Assembly (NCBI GenBank): GCA_017460085.1
Contig: JAFUBQ010000021.1
Span: forward strand, 9,228 to 73,227
Direction: 5' to 3'
DNA length: 64,000 nt
From: Alphaproteobacteria bacterium
GTDB lineage: Bacteria > Pseudomonadota > Alphaproteobacteria > RF32 > CAG-239
Shown here: one piece after another, positions 51,263 to 59,837 of the stretch
Numbering within the stretch: the first letter of the stretch is position 1
How the letters are laid out: each line of letters begins with the position of its first letter
The notes under the pieces: generated by a model
Database searches by the model: none
Seen by the model: the letters and a program-made list of their open reading frames with translations, nothing else
Told to the model about the DNA's origin: nothing
Translations under genes and position numbers: made by a program

Positions 51263-52033
51263 CTAGCTCATTTCCTCATAGGTAATGATTTCCGCCTTAG
51301 TTGCGTAAGTAGTTGTGATTACGTTACCACTTGCATCGGCCGTGGCCTTTGCCGCCGTTCCGTTAGCCGCCAATGCGCCGACATCCGATGCTGAAAGCGT
51401 AATATCACCGGTTAAGGCTTTATTGTTAATTTTTCGGCTTGTCGGTACGTAGCCGGTCAAATCAACTTTGCCGGTCTCCATTGCCGCAATTTTATAATAA
51501 CCAACCTGAACAGCACCAGTTTCCAAAGCTGAAATAAGAGCGTCATCGGTTGTGTAGCTGTAGCTTGAGGTTGTGCTTTCAACCGAATAAACCCATAAAT
51601 CCGGTACTTCTTTTGCCTGAATAAAGATATTATCGCCGACTTTATAGTCCGTGTTTGCCGCGCCATTTAAGGCTGTTACCAGAGCTGAATAGGATTCAAA
51701 CGAAACAGCACGAGCACGTCCCTCGGCAATGCTTTTGGCTGTGTTTGCCGTTGTTTCAACCGCCGACAAGGCTGTTTTTGTGGCATAGGTATTAACGATA
51801 TTGTTGCCACTTGCATCTGCTGTAGCTTTGGCCGCCGTTCCGGTTTTGTCGAGTTTGTTATCCAAAGCGGTTTTTGCGCCACCGGAAGTCAATGCTTTGG
51901 TTGAGCTTGCTGTCGGTGTTGCTTCCAGTTGAACGATACCTTTCGCGGATGTTGATGCGTCCGGTACGTTCGTGGTATACGGCTCTAAATAGTCGCCGGT
52001 TGCGTTTTTAAGTTTAATACGTTTTGTAGCCAT
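51263..52033 (-). CDS. Phage tail fibre protein, paralogue 1
   Basis: MATKRIKLKNATGDYLEPYT. Tail-fibre repeat ASTSAKGIVQLEATPTASSTKALTSGGAKTAL. TGTAAKATADASGN motifs. C-terminus ...IITYEEMS. RBS AGGAG. Confidence 0.65.
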   Translation of the reverse strand: MATKRIKLKNATGDYLEPYTTNVPDASTSAKGIVQLEATPTASSTKALTSGGAKTALDNKLDKTGTAAKATADASGNNIVNTYATKTALSAVETTANTAKSIAEGRARAVSFESYSALVTALNGAANTDYKVGDNIFIQAKEVPDLWVYSVESTTSSYSYTTDDALISALETGAVQVGYYKIAAMETGKVDLTGYVPTSRKINNKALTGDITLSASDVGALAANGTAAKATADASGNVITTTYATKAEIITYEEMS

Positions 52034-52054
52034 TTATTTTCTCCTAAAATTGAG

Positions 52055-52264
52055 TTAATCCATTTCTTCGTAAAAAATAACATCAGCAATCTTGGCATAG
52101 GTCTTGCTGATGTCGTTACCTTCGGCATCGGTTTTCGCTTCTTCTTTTGCTTGCTCAACCGCTGTCGCTACTGCATCAGAAGTGATAAGGTTACCACTTC
52201 CGACAACCGGCTCAGTATCAACCGCGATACGCGATGCCGGAATTTTGCTTTTATCTTCAGCCAT
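52055..52264 (-). CDS. Short fibre-repeat protein (69 aa from MAEDKS)
   Basis: Contains the SGNLITSDAVATA fibre-type repeat; ends ...VIFYEEMD; RBS GAGGTG 5 nt upstream. Confidence 0.4.
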   Translation of the reverse strand: MAEDKSKIPASRIAVDTEPVVGSGNLITSDAVATAVEQAKEEAKTDAEGNDISKTYAKIADVIFYEEMD

Positions 52265-52272
52265 GTTGCACC

Positions 52273-53301
52273 TCACATATCTTCATATAAAACCGCATCC
52301 AAGGCGGTACCCATTGACTGAAAGTCTGTTAAATATTTCACGCTCCACCGCTCATTTGCCGTAAGCGGATATTGCAAAACAACCGATTTTCCGTCATTTG
52401 AAAGCGTGTAGGTATCAGGCATAAGCGATAAGTTTTCAACGCTTACCATCAACACTTGGTCAATTGCACTGAGTGCTTCCGGTAATGGTAAAATTGTCTG
52501 ATTAGCCGTTGCCACACCGCTAACCGTGGTCGGAAAACTGCCTTTTGTTGTTTCTTCCGCTAATTCCACCCATTCACGCGCCGAGTGCCGTCCGCCCAAA
52601 GCCGCGACTTCCTCATCAGTGCCGTCAACCCATGTCTGTGCATCTTTTAGAGCTTGTTTACTCGCTGTTTCAGCCTCAATCGCTCGCAAAGCCGCCGATT
52701 TACTCTGTGTGGCTTGTTCGGTGGCTGTTGTTGCCGCTGTTTGTGCTTGTTCGACGAGGTCATTTGTGCCGGATTGAATGGTATTGCGAGTGTCTTGAAT
52801 AGCTTTCGCCACACTTGGCACATCGCCGTTTTCGGTGTGAACAACGGTGTCGGCATCGCCATTGGCTATGTCATGAAAAATTTGCGCATCGGCATCTAAA
52901 GCGGTTTGCGTGTCGTGAATAATTTTTGCGGCACTCGGTACATCACCATTTTCAGTATGGACGACAGTATTGACGTCGCCATTAGCAATATCGTGATAAA
53001 TTTGCGCCGACGCATCCATCGCCGTCTTTGTGTCGTGAATAATTTTTGCCGCGCTTGGCACATCGCCGTTTTTGGTATGCACAATGGTTGTGCTGTCGCC
53101 GTTGGCAATCAAATAAAGGATTGCCTCGTCAGCTTCCATTAAAACACGCATATCGTTAAGAACTTTGGCGACACTCGGAACTTTGCCGCCCTCGGTGGTC
53201 ACTTCGGTTGTGATTGAACCATGAACGACATTGTGCAGTAATCCGGTGTCTACCTCGGCTTTATCAACCGCGGCATCTAATCTTTCTTGCATATTTGGCA
53301 T
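52273..53301 (-). CDS. Phage tail protein with three tandem ~40-aa repeats (342 aa)
   Basis: Protein repeats NGD-x-TT(I/V)VHT(K/E)NGDVPSAAKIIHDT-x-TA-x-DA-x-AQI(Y/F)HDIA, three copies, from ~120-bp DNA repeats at about 52800-53100. C-terminus ...AVLYEDM. Confidence 0.5.
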   Translation of the reverse strand: MPNMQERLDAAVDKAEVDTGLLHNVVHGSITTEVTTEGGKVPSVAKVLNDMRVLMEADEAILYLIANGDSTTIVHTKNGDVPSAAKIIHDTKTAMDASAQIYHDIANGDVNTVVHTENGDVPSAAKIIHDTQTALDADAQIFHDIANGDADTVVHTENGDVPSVAKAIQDTRNTIQSGTNDLVEQAQTAATTATEQATQSKSAALRAIEAETASKQALKDAQTWVDGTDEEVAALGGRHSAREWVELAEETTKGSFPTTVSGVATANQTILPLPEALSAIDQVLMVSVENLSLMPDTYTLSNDGKSVVLQYPLTANERWSVKYLTDFQSMGTALDAVLYEDM

Positions 53302-53312
53302 TGGTAATTCCT

Positions 53313-53792
53313 TTAATTAAGTTTTTGCGGACACGATTTGTGAACGAGAATGTGGAGCTTATCGACCGTGAATTCCAACTTTTGGAAGTCGGAATCCATA
53401 ATAATAAGCATCGCATCTTCGGTAATTGTCGGACGGTCGCGGATTTCAAGTTCGGTTGTGATTTGCCACAAACGACCGGCGATTATGCTTGCCTCAAATT
53501 GTTGCGTAAAGCGCGCTTCTTGCTCGGTTAAGCCGATACCACCCAAAAGCGTGATGACGAACCATTCCGCACCTTCTTTGGCGTAATATTTGTACCAAGC
53601 CTCAAACAAGCAGAACTGCTCCGGCGACATAATCCATTTAACCGCGATTTTACTTGGTGTTTGCGTATATCTGCGCCGTTGCCGTGCGGGACCGGCTTCC
53701 ATATCGGTACGGATGATTGCTTCGTCCGGCCGTATAGAATAGCCCTCAACAGTCGGATAAGGCAGACGTTTTGGAAAGGTTATTGTTGTCAT
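53313..53792 (-). CDS. Phage minor tail protein (lambda gpM / GTA g12-like position)
   Basis: 159 aa; first gene downstream of the tape measure on the minus strand; assigned by synteny only. Confidence 0.35.
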   Translation of the reverse strand: MTTITFPKRLPYPTVEGYSIRPDEAIIRTDMEAGPARQRRRYTQTPSKIAVKWIMSPEQFCLFEAWYKYYAKEGAEWFVITLLGGIGLTEQEARFTQQFEASIIAGRLWQITTELEIRDRPTITEDAMLIIMDSDFQKLEFTVDKLHILVHKSCPQKLN

Positions 53793-53863
53793 ATAAAATT
53801 CCTCTTGACTCTTTATTGTATTTAATTTAGTATTAAATAAAATACAGAATAGGAGTCTATAAA

Positions 53864-54148
53864 ATGAACATTATTGAAGATATTATGCCTTTAAGCAACT
53901 TCCGCCAACAGGCATCGGAGATCATCAAAAAACTCGGTCAAGTTAAACGTCCGACATTTATTACCATTAACGGCAAGGTTGCCGCAGTTGTTCAAGATGC
54001 CGAAAGTTATCAGCAGATACTCGATAAAATTGATGAGCTTGAAACAATGCTCAGTATTCAGCGCGGTTTGGAAGATATTTCCGCCGGTCGCGTTTCAACT
54101 TTGGATGAAGTATCAGCAAGATTAAAGGCTCGCCATGAACAAGTATAA
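53864..54148 (+). CDS. Phd/YefM-family type II antitoxin
   Basis: 94 aa, MNIIEDIMPLSNFRQQASEIIKKLGQVKRPTFITINGKVAAVVQDAESYQQILDKIDELE is a typical Phd/YefM fold sequence. Overlaps the downstream toxin gene by 14 nt. RBS AGGAG. Confidence 0.8.
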   Translation: MNIIEDIMPLSNFRQQASEIIKKLGQVKRPTFITINGKVAAVVQDAESYQQILDKIDELETMLSIQRGLEDISAGRVSTLDEVSARLKARHEQV

Positions 54149-54464
54149 AATCATCATTTCTCAAGAGGCAGAGGATATTTTAACTGCCTCTTATGACTAT
54201 TTGTATGCGAGAAATCCGCTTGCCGCCGTTAAATGGCTTGACGGAATGTTACAAACAATTCAAAGCCTTGATACGTTTCCTGAGCAAGGAGCAATTATTC
54301 CAGAAGCCTCTTTAGATGCTTCTTTTGCCGATTTGCACCAAATATTTTATACAATGAATGCCGGAGGCAATACCTACCGTATCATTTATAAAATCACAAA
54401 TGATACGTGCAAAATCGTTGATGTTGTAACAATCCGTAGTGCGTATCAACAACCAATGGCATAG
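54135..54464 (+). CDS. ParE/RelE-family type II toxin
   Basis: 109 aa; ParE-like sequence (IIISQEAEDILTASYDYL...YRIIYKITNDTCKIVDVVTIRSA); translationally coupled to the antitoxin. Confidence 0.72.
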   Translation: MNKYKIIISQEAEDILTASYDYLYARNPLAAVKWLDGMLQTIQSLDTFPEQGAIIPEASLDASFADLHQIFYTMNAGGNTYRIIYKITNDTCKIVDVVTIRSAYQQPMA

Positions 54465-57107
54465 TTATCTGTAACTCCCATAAGCCGGATTAAGTCCGTA
54501 ACGTTGTTCCAAAAGCGGCGATAAGCCTTCGCCTTTGGAGATGTTTTTGCCGATTGCTCCCTCGATTTTTTCAATAACGACATCCAAGCTGAAATCGCCG
54601 TTACCGAGATTAGTCTTGCTGACAGAGGTTTTGACTTCCGAGGCGGCGTTATTAACGACGTTTACGTTGACATTTACTTCCGTTCCGCCGCCGTTTCCCA
54701 ACGCTTTCATCTGTTCCTTGGTAAAAACACCTTCACCGCGTTTAGCGATAATCGGCACTTCATCGCCGACAATACCACCTTTGTGGAACTTCGGCGCACC
54801 GGAAAACACCGCCGGACTGGCATAGGTTGTTTTTAAGTTATCCGCCCCGACAATGCCGCCGGTATGCGCCGCTCCAAATCCCATATATGCTGAAAGGCTT
54901 GCCATAAGCGGTTGCGTGACAGCTTGCCGCATTGCCAACTTGGCAAAATCTTGAACAATCGAATTAACCAAGTCCGAAATGTTCATTTTGCCGGTTGTCA
55001 CGAATGACACCAGCGCATCTTCCATGCTATGAAAAGCGTTTCTGACGGTGCTTTCAGCCAATGTTGCAAAGTCATCGACTTCTTTTTTAAGGCCGATAAA
55101 GCCACGTTTGAAGCCGTCTTCCATCTTTTTCGAAGTGGCAAGAGCTGTTTCATCGGCTTTTTTAACCATATTATCGTAAACTTGCTCGATTTGCTTTTTA
55201 TAATCCTCATAACCGCTCGCACTTGAACGCAGGTTTTTGAGCGCATTTTCTTTCCATTGGTCGGCTTTGGCCATCGCTTGTTCGTATGGCGTTTTAAGCT
55301 CCAACAGTTTGTTTTTAATGTCCTCAATATTGCGCTTATAAGCATTATCCGCCGATTTATCCGTTGTTTTCGGCGTGGTAAAGGTCGGTGTCGACGTTTC
55401 CGCTTTAACCGGCTCTTTCGGTCGCAACTCCGGATTTTCAAGATATTTAAGCTCTTGCTGAGCTTTATACGCATCTTGCTCGGCGGCTTTTAAGAGCAAC
55501 AGTTTATTCTGAATTTCCTTTGCTTGCGGCTGAAAATCCGGATATTCTGCCGCCACCGCCCAAATTTCTTTCTCATATTGCTCTAAGCTGATTTTGGATT
55601 GCCGGAGCGTTTCCGCCCATTCTTTGGCATAAATCTCGTAATCTTTAAGCAAAGACTTCGGCGAATACCTGATTCGGAACGATAAACCGCCGGTGTTTTT
55701 GATTTCGGCGGTTAAATCTTTGATATTTTGCTTGGCGGTTTTGAGTTTTAAGCCCCATTCGGCAAGCGACATATCTTTCTGCTGTTCCGCTGAAAACTTC
55801 GTCGCCTCCTCGGTGGTGGCTTTGAGTTCGTCTTGCAGTTTTTTAAGCGTTTCGGCGTGGTCATGTGCCGCACGTTTGGCGACATCATGGCTGTCGACGA
55901 GTTTGTATAACGCCATACACGCCAAAACAGCAAGTCCGGCGGGACCGCCAATCAGAGCAAGCGCACCGCGTAAAACGCCGGCCGCCGTTGCCAAAACGCC
56001 CATTTGTACCGCCGCCAACTTTGACACGTTACTCATCATGGCAATACCGGCCACCGCCGATTTTGCCTGTAAAGACATTCCGGCAAGCGAGGCTTGAACA
56101 TAACCGATACCGGCGCGAAGCAAGGTTAAACCGCCAAGCAGAGTCTTTGAACCTAATCGCACGGTTAACAGAGCGATTGCCAAATCAGCGTGCTTTGCCA
56201 GCAAGAAAAACGCATTTGCCGCCAAATTTACCGCGGTTGTCAGACCTTTACCGATAGAAGTCGCGGCATCTTCCGCACCGTCCACCATATCGTTGAACTG
56301 CTTCAGAGCGTTTTTAATGGCGGTTGTCAGTCCGGCTTCACCGATATTTCGGGCGAGTTTACCGAAAGCGTCCTCGATGTTTGACATTACACCACCCATC
56401 GTGTCCATTTGCTCTTTCATGGCTCCGGCAAATTGCACGTTGCCAAGAGAGCGCAAATAGGCCTCAATCGCTTTAGCATTCTTGGCAACCGTGGTCGTTA
56501 TGCCCTGAAAGGTAAAATTAACCTTGTCTTTTTCGGTGGTCGCCATAATTCCGAAAGAACGGAGCGAGCGGAAGTTGAACATCACAGCGTTTGATAACGC
56601 TTCCGTAAAGTCCATAATACCGCGCCCGAAAGCCGATGCGGTGTTGCCGTAACTCGTCAACGCTTCCATACTTGGCTCTAAGCCGAGAGCCTTAAGCCGA
56701 ATAAACGCCTCAACGATTTCTTCCAACTGATACGGCGTGTCCAGCGCGAACTTTTCAATCGTGGCAAACGCTTCCTTTGCACCTTCAGCCGAACCGGTCA
56801 CGGTTTTTAATGAGCCGGATAGGCTTTCAAATTCTTTGTTTATACCGACAATGCCTTTGAAAGTCCGCATTAAACCGCTTGCACCGAGATATGCGCCGAC
56901 TAAACCGGCGGTTTGTTTCAATATACCATTAAAGGTCTTGGCTGTGTCGCTTAAGGCAAGCAGATTGTCGTTCGCCGGAGTAATTACCTGCGTAATCTGC
57001 CGGAAAGCCTTTTGACCGTCCGTGCCAAGCGACTTAAACTCGCTTCGCACCTTATCGCCGCCCACCGCCTCAAGCCGTATTGATAATTTTTTCGCTGTTG
57101 CTGTCAT
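54465..57107 (-). CDS. Phage tail tape measure protein (lambda family), 880 aa
   Basis: MTATAKKLSIRLEAVGGDKVRSEFKSLGTDGQKAFRQI N-terminus typical of lambda-family TMP. Long Ala/Gly-rich helical middle with a hydrophobic segment. Located after the G/GT-like genes. Confidence 0.85.
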   Translation of the reverse strand: MTATAKKLSIRLEAVGGDKVRSEFKSLGTDGQKAFRQITQVITPANDNLLALSDTAKTFNGILKQTAGLVGAYLGASGLMRTFKGIVGINKEFESLSGSLKTVTGSAEGAKEAFATIEKFALDTPYQLEEIVEAFIRLKALGLEPSMEALTSYGNTASAFGRGIMDFTEALSNAVMFNFRSLRSFGIMATTEKDKVNFTFQGITTTVAKNAKAIEAYLRSLGNVQFAGAMKEQMDTMGGVMSNIEDAFGKLARNIGEAGLTTAIKNALKQFNDMVDGAEDAATSIGKGLTTAVNLAANAFFLLAKHADLAIALLTVRLGSKTLLGGLTLLRAGIGYVQASLAGMSLQAKSAVAGIAMMSNVSKLAAVQMGVLATAAGVLRGALALIGGPAGLAVLACMALYKLVDSHDVAKRAAHDHAETLKKLQDELKATTEEATKFSAEQQKDMSLAEWGLKLKTAKQNIKDLTAEIKNTGGLSFRIRYSPKSLLKDYEIYAKEWAETLRQSKISLEQYEKEIWAVAAEYPDFQPQAKEIQNKLLLLKAAEQDAYKAQQELKYLENPELRPKEPVKAETSTPTFTTPKTTDKSADNAYKRNIEDIKNKLLELKTPYEQAMAKADQWKENALKNLRSSASGYEDYKKQIEQVYDNMVKKADETALATSKKMEDGFKRGFIGLKKEVDDFATLAESTVRNAFHSMEDALVSFVTTGKMNISDLVNSIVQDFAKLAMRQAVTQPLMASLSAYMGFGAAHTGGIVGADNLKTTYASPAVFSGAPKFHKGGIVGDEVPIIAKRGEGVFTKEQMKALGNGGGTEVNVNVNVVNNAASEVKTSVSKTNLGNGDFSLDVVIEKIEGAIGKNISKGEGLSPLLEQRYGLNPAYGSYR

Positions 57108-57311
57108 TTAATCCCTGTTTCATAGCAAAAACACCGACAGACAACAATTCCGTCAGCGTTTCTTTATCAAAATTCAATGTTTCCGCGATTTTTAAGGCTG
57201 TTTCGAGATTCGGCTCGGAGAGTTTTAATAAAACTTCCCAAGCCTGGTAACCCTCGATTGTTTGCGGCGTTGTTTCGGTATAACGGCATTTATGAAACGG
57301 ACATAACGGAT

Positions 57312-57794
57312 TTAACTCTGTGCATCCGGCGCAGTAACTTCGCCCGTCACCGAAGTGCCACTTGGCTCGGGCGTAAAGTCGTTTTTTTCCGCATCCAACA
57401 ACTCACGCAAGCCGCAATATTGATTGCGAAAGTTCTCGGCAACCACCCAAAAATTCGAGAAAAGCTCGTCAATTTTGGTTTCCGTCAACGGTGCAACTTT
57501 CTCGCTGTCTGCCTCTTGAACACCTTGCCATTCCAAAATACCGGCAATACCTAAGCCGATAAGCAGAAACTTATCCGCCAAAGCCTCGCGTTTAACCGGA
57601 TTTTCAATGTCTTCCGATACTGCTAAGCCTGCATCTTTATTGGCTTTGTATTCCTTGGCCAAATCTGCCAGTTTTGCATTCATATAGGCTTTGGCCTCAT
57701 AAAATACCGCCGATGTGCAAGGCTTAACCTTGACCTTTACGCCGTAACCAATATCAAGCCAATACGGCTCTTTGTTAATCCTTAGCTTTAACAT
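57312..57794 (-). CDS. Tail assembly chaperone (lambda gpG-like); -1 frameshift extension (gpGT-like) predicted to continue to about 57070
   Basis: 160 aa, acidic C-terminus. Slippery heptamer A_AAA_AAC at 57387-57381 (minus). The -1 frame is then open for ~100 codons, through the 204-nt gap, to just inside the tape-measure start. Confidence 0.6.
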   Translation of the reverse strand: MLKLRINKEPYWLDIGYGVKVKVKPCTSAVFYEAKAYMNAKLADLAKEYKANKDAGLAVSEDIENPVKREALADKFLLIGLGIAGILEWQGVQEADSEKVAPLTETKIDELFSNFWVVAENFRNQYCGLRELLDAEKNDFTPEPSGTSVTGEVTAPDAQS

Positions 57795-58735
57795 TAGTAG
57801 CTCTCCACATCGTTGATTAACTTAATCGTCATCATCTTGCCTAATTCCTCGCTTTTTGCGCCTTGGAAGTCGTAGGAACACTCAATTCCATTCGGGCCGT
57901 CAATGGAACGTTTCGGTTTTGGCAAATACACTTCGTGGCATTCAATCACAAGTTTCATGGCGTCGGTTAGCTGATAGCCGAGTTCCACATCAACCGGTGT
58001 TCCTTCTCGTGCCTTATCAAGCAAGATATTGTCGCCGTAGCGGGCGGAAATACTGCCGGACAAGCTCGCCACACCCAAATCAATCGCTTCAACCAAGCCA
58101 TCGTTGCGGATGGTTTCGATTTTTTCCAAATTGTTGGAGTATGTGGCACTTGCCGCCGTGATATTGGCCAAGAATTCGCCACCGCTCTTGATATAGCCCT
58201 GGAATTGCGACACACGCGTGTATTTATAGACATCCGGCGCGGCATCAATCGCGGTTGTTGAGCCTTTTTCGCATTGCGCCATTAAGTTCAACGTCACTTG
58301 CGCTTCGCCGGAACGTTGAAAATTAAAGGCGATACTATTTGCACGAACACCTAAAAAATGAATAAACTGCGGCACTTCGGATAATCCGACTTCCAAAGAA
58401 TAACTCGGAATTGAGATTTTGCCGCTTTCAAAAACGTGATTATAAACTCCGTCAGTTTCTGTCGTAGTTGGCGCACCGTAAATTGCTTTAAGCCATACGC
58501 CGATATTTCGAATATCAACCGGAACAGCCATATCGCCGTCAACGTTAATAACATCTTGGAACGGCTGTGTCGGATCACGTCCCAAACCCAAGACATTGGA
58601 TGATAAAAGGTTTTGTTCGCTGTCGAGAGACGATGAGATAAACGGTATTTGATGATATCCGGTATCCGGCATAACGCCGTATTCGCTTTCTTCAGCGATA
58701 AGTAATTGGGCATTCCACCCGTATGCACGTGACAT
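57794..58735 (-). CDS. Phage major tail (tube) protein
   Basis: 313 aa; position immediately upstream of the chaperone/TMP genes; beta-rich composition. Confidence 0.5.
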   Translation of the reverse strand: MSRAYGWNAQLLIAEESEYGVMPDTGYHQIPFISSSLDSEQNLLSSNVLGLGRDPTQPFQDVINVDGDMAVPVDIRNIGVWLKAIYGAPTTTETDGVYNHVFESGKISIPSYSLEVGLSEVPQFIHFLGVRANSIAFNFQRSGEAQVTLNLMAQCEKGSTTAIDAAPDVYKYTRVSQFQGYIKSGGEFLANITAASATYSNNLEKIETIRNDGLVEAIDLGVASLSGSISARYGDNILLDKAREGTPVDVELGYQLTDAMKLVIECHEVYLPKPKRSIDGPNGIECSYDFQGAKSEELGKMMTIKLINDVESY

Positions 58736-58747
58736 ATTTTTTCCTTT

Positions 58748-59176
58748 CTAAGTTAAATTTGAATCTGAAACATATTCCAAAACAATAGGCACAACCGCGC
58801 CTTTGATGGTTAAGCCGCCGTCAACCGGCTGTTCGATAAACTCCGGCGGATCGGCGTGCATATAATCGATTAAACCGGACAGCGTGACATCAACTTTCAA
58901 AATCAAGCCGATTGCCTCCAAAATGCTGTCAAGTTTGGCATCATTGTCGGAATCCTCAACTTGCTGAATAAGCACTTCAATCTCGGCTTTGTGATGAAAG
59001 ACATAGCAAGCCGGAGACAATAAAATGTCCGGTTCGCCGATATCGCCGTCACGAAGCACCACAAGACCGTTGTCAGGGATTTTGACCGGCAACACGGCAT
59101 TGCGCTTTACTTCCACATCAGGCAGAGCCGACAACCGTGCCAATAAAGCATTTAAGACTTGTTCTCGTTTACTCAT
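58748..59176 (-). CDS. Tail terminator / tail completion protein (gpU / GTA g8-like position)
   Basis: 142 aa; position between the head-tail adaptor and major tail genes. Confidence 0.4.
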   Translation of the reverse strand: MSKREQVLNALLARLSALPDVEVKRNAVLPVKIPDNGLVVLRDGDIGEPDILLSPACYVFHHKAEIEVLIQQVEDSDNDAKLDSILEAIGLILKVDVTLSGLIDYMHADPPEFIEQPVDGGLTIKGAVVPIVLEYVSDSNLT

Positions 59177-59741
59177 CTTTCCAGTTTTCCATTATTAAAG
59201 TTGGGACTTGGGCTTGCCATTTTTCGCTCTCTGTTTCAAAGTTTATCAGCTTCGGCATTTTGACTTGAGGTACCAGAATAAAAGCGATAATCGTTTTTTT
59301 ACGCTGTTCATGCACCAAAAACGATGCTCCGTTCGCCCGATAAATAAAGCGCAAACGCACACCCTTGGACTTTTCATAAAGTGCCGGTGTCATCCGCTTG
59401 TTAAACACACGCTTTTTTATGGACAAAGTCGGAATGGCAAGCCAAAAGCCGTTTTGCGAGCGTATCACCGAAGCATACTCAAAACCCTCAAGGATTTTCT
59501 GCGCCTTAGTGTAAACAACACCAGCTGCCGAGATGCTGTTCTTGGCTTTCGGATAGACATCTCCGCGCCAAGTGTTGGCTAAACGAGAGCCGAGTTTTGA
59601 AGCTTTAACTTGCGAACGGAGCGACATCTTTAAGCCGTTGGTGGCGGTTTTAATACCGGCGGTCACAGCTTTGGCGGCGTTTTGGTACTCCTTATCGAGA
59701 AGCTCGTCCAATTTACCTTCCAATGCCGCTTTTAAGTGCAT
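59169..59741 (-). CDS. Phage head-tail adaptor / HK97 gp10-like protein
   Basis: 190 aa; 8-nt overlap with the downstream gene; position in the module. Confidence 0.35.
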   Translation of the reverse strand: MHLKAALEGKLDELLDKEYQNAAKAVTAGIKTATNGLKMSLRSQVKASKLGSRLANTWRGDVYPKAKNSISAAGVVYTKAQKILEGFEYASVIRSQNGFWLAIPTLSIKKRVFNKRMTPALYEKSKGVRLRFIYRANGASFLVHEQRKKTIIAFILVPQVKMPKLINFETESEKWQAQVPTLIMENWKDE

Positions 59742-59776
59742 TATTTATCCTTTTTTTGTTTTTTTGAAAAAAATAC

Positions 59777-59807
59777 TTGACTTTTGTCTATCGGGGGGGG
59801 GTAAATA
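59777..59807 (+). promoter_or_regulatory. Promoter with G9 homopolymer in the spacer, upstream of the antisense moron
   Basis: TTGACT (59777-59782), a 19-nt spacer TTTGTCTATC+GGGGGGGGG (G9 at 59793-59801), then TAAATA (59802-59807). Confidence 0.5.
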
Positions 59808-59837
59808 AAAGATTAAGAATTAAATTATTAAAATATA

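Noticed and set aside
55693-56257. Two + strand ORFs (134 aa, 130 aa) inside the tape-measure gene
   Set aside because: Antisense to a strongly supported TMP ORF; Arg/Pro-rich artefacts of a GC-richer region.
57177-57554. 125-aa + strand ORF covering the gap between the G-like gene and the tape measure
   Set aside because: It is antisense to the -1 frame extension (gpGT-like) that explains this region better. The phage operon is on the minus strand.
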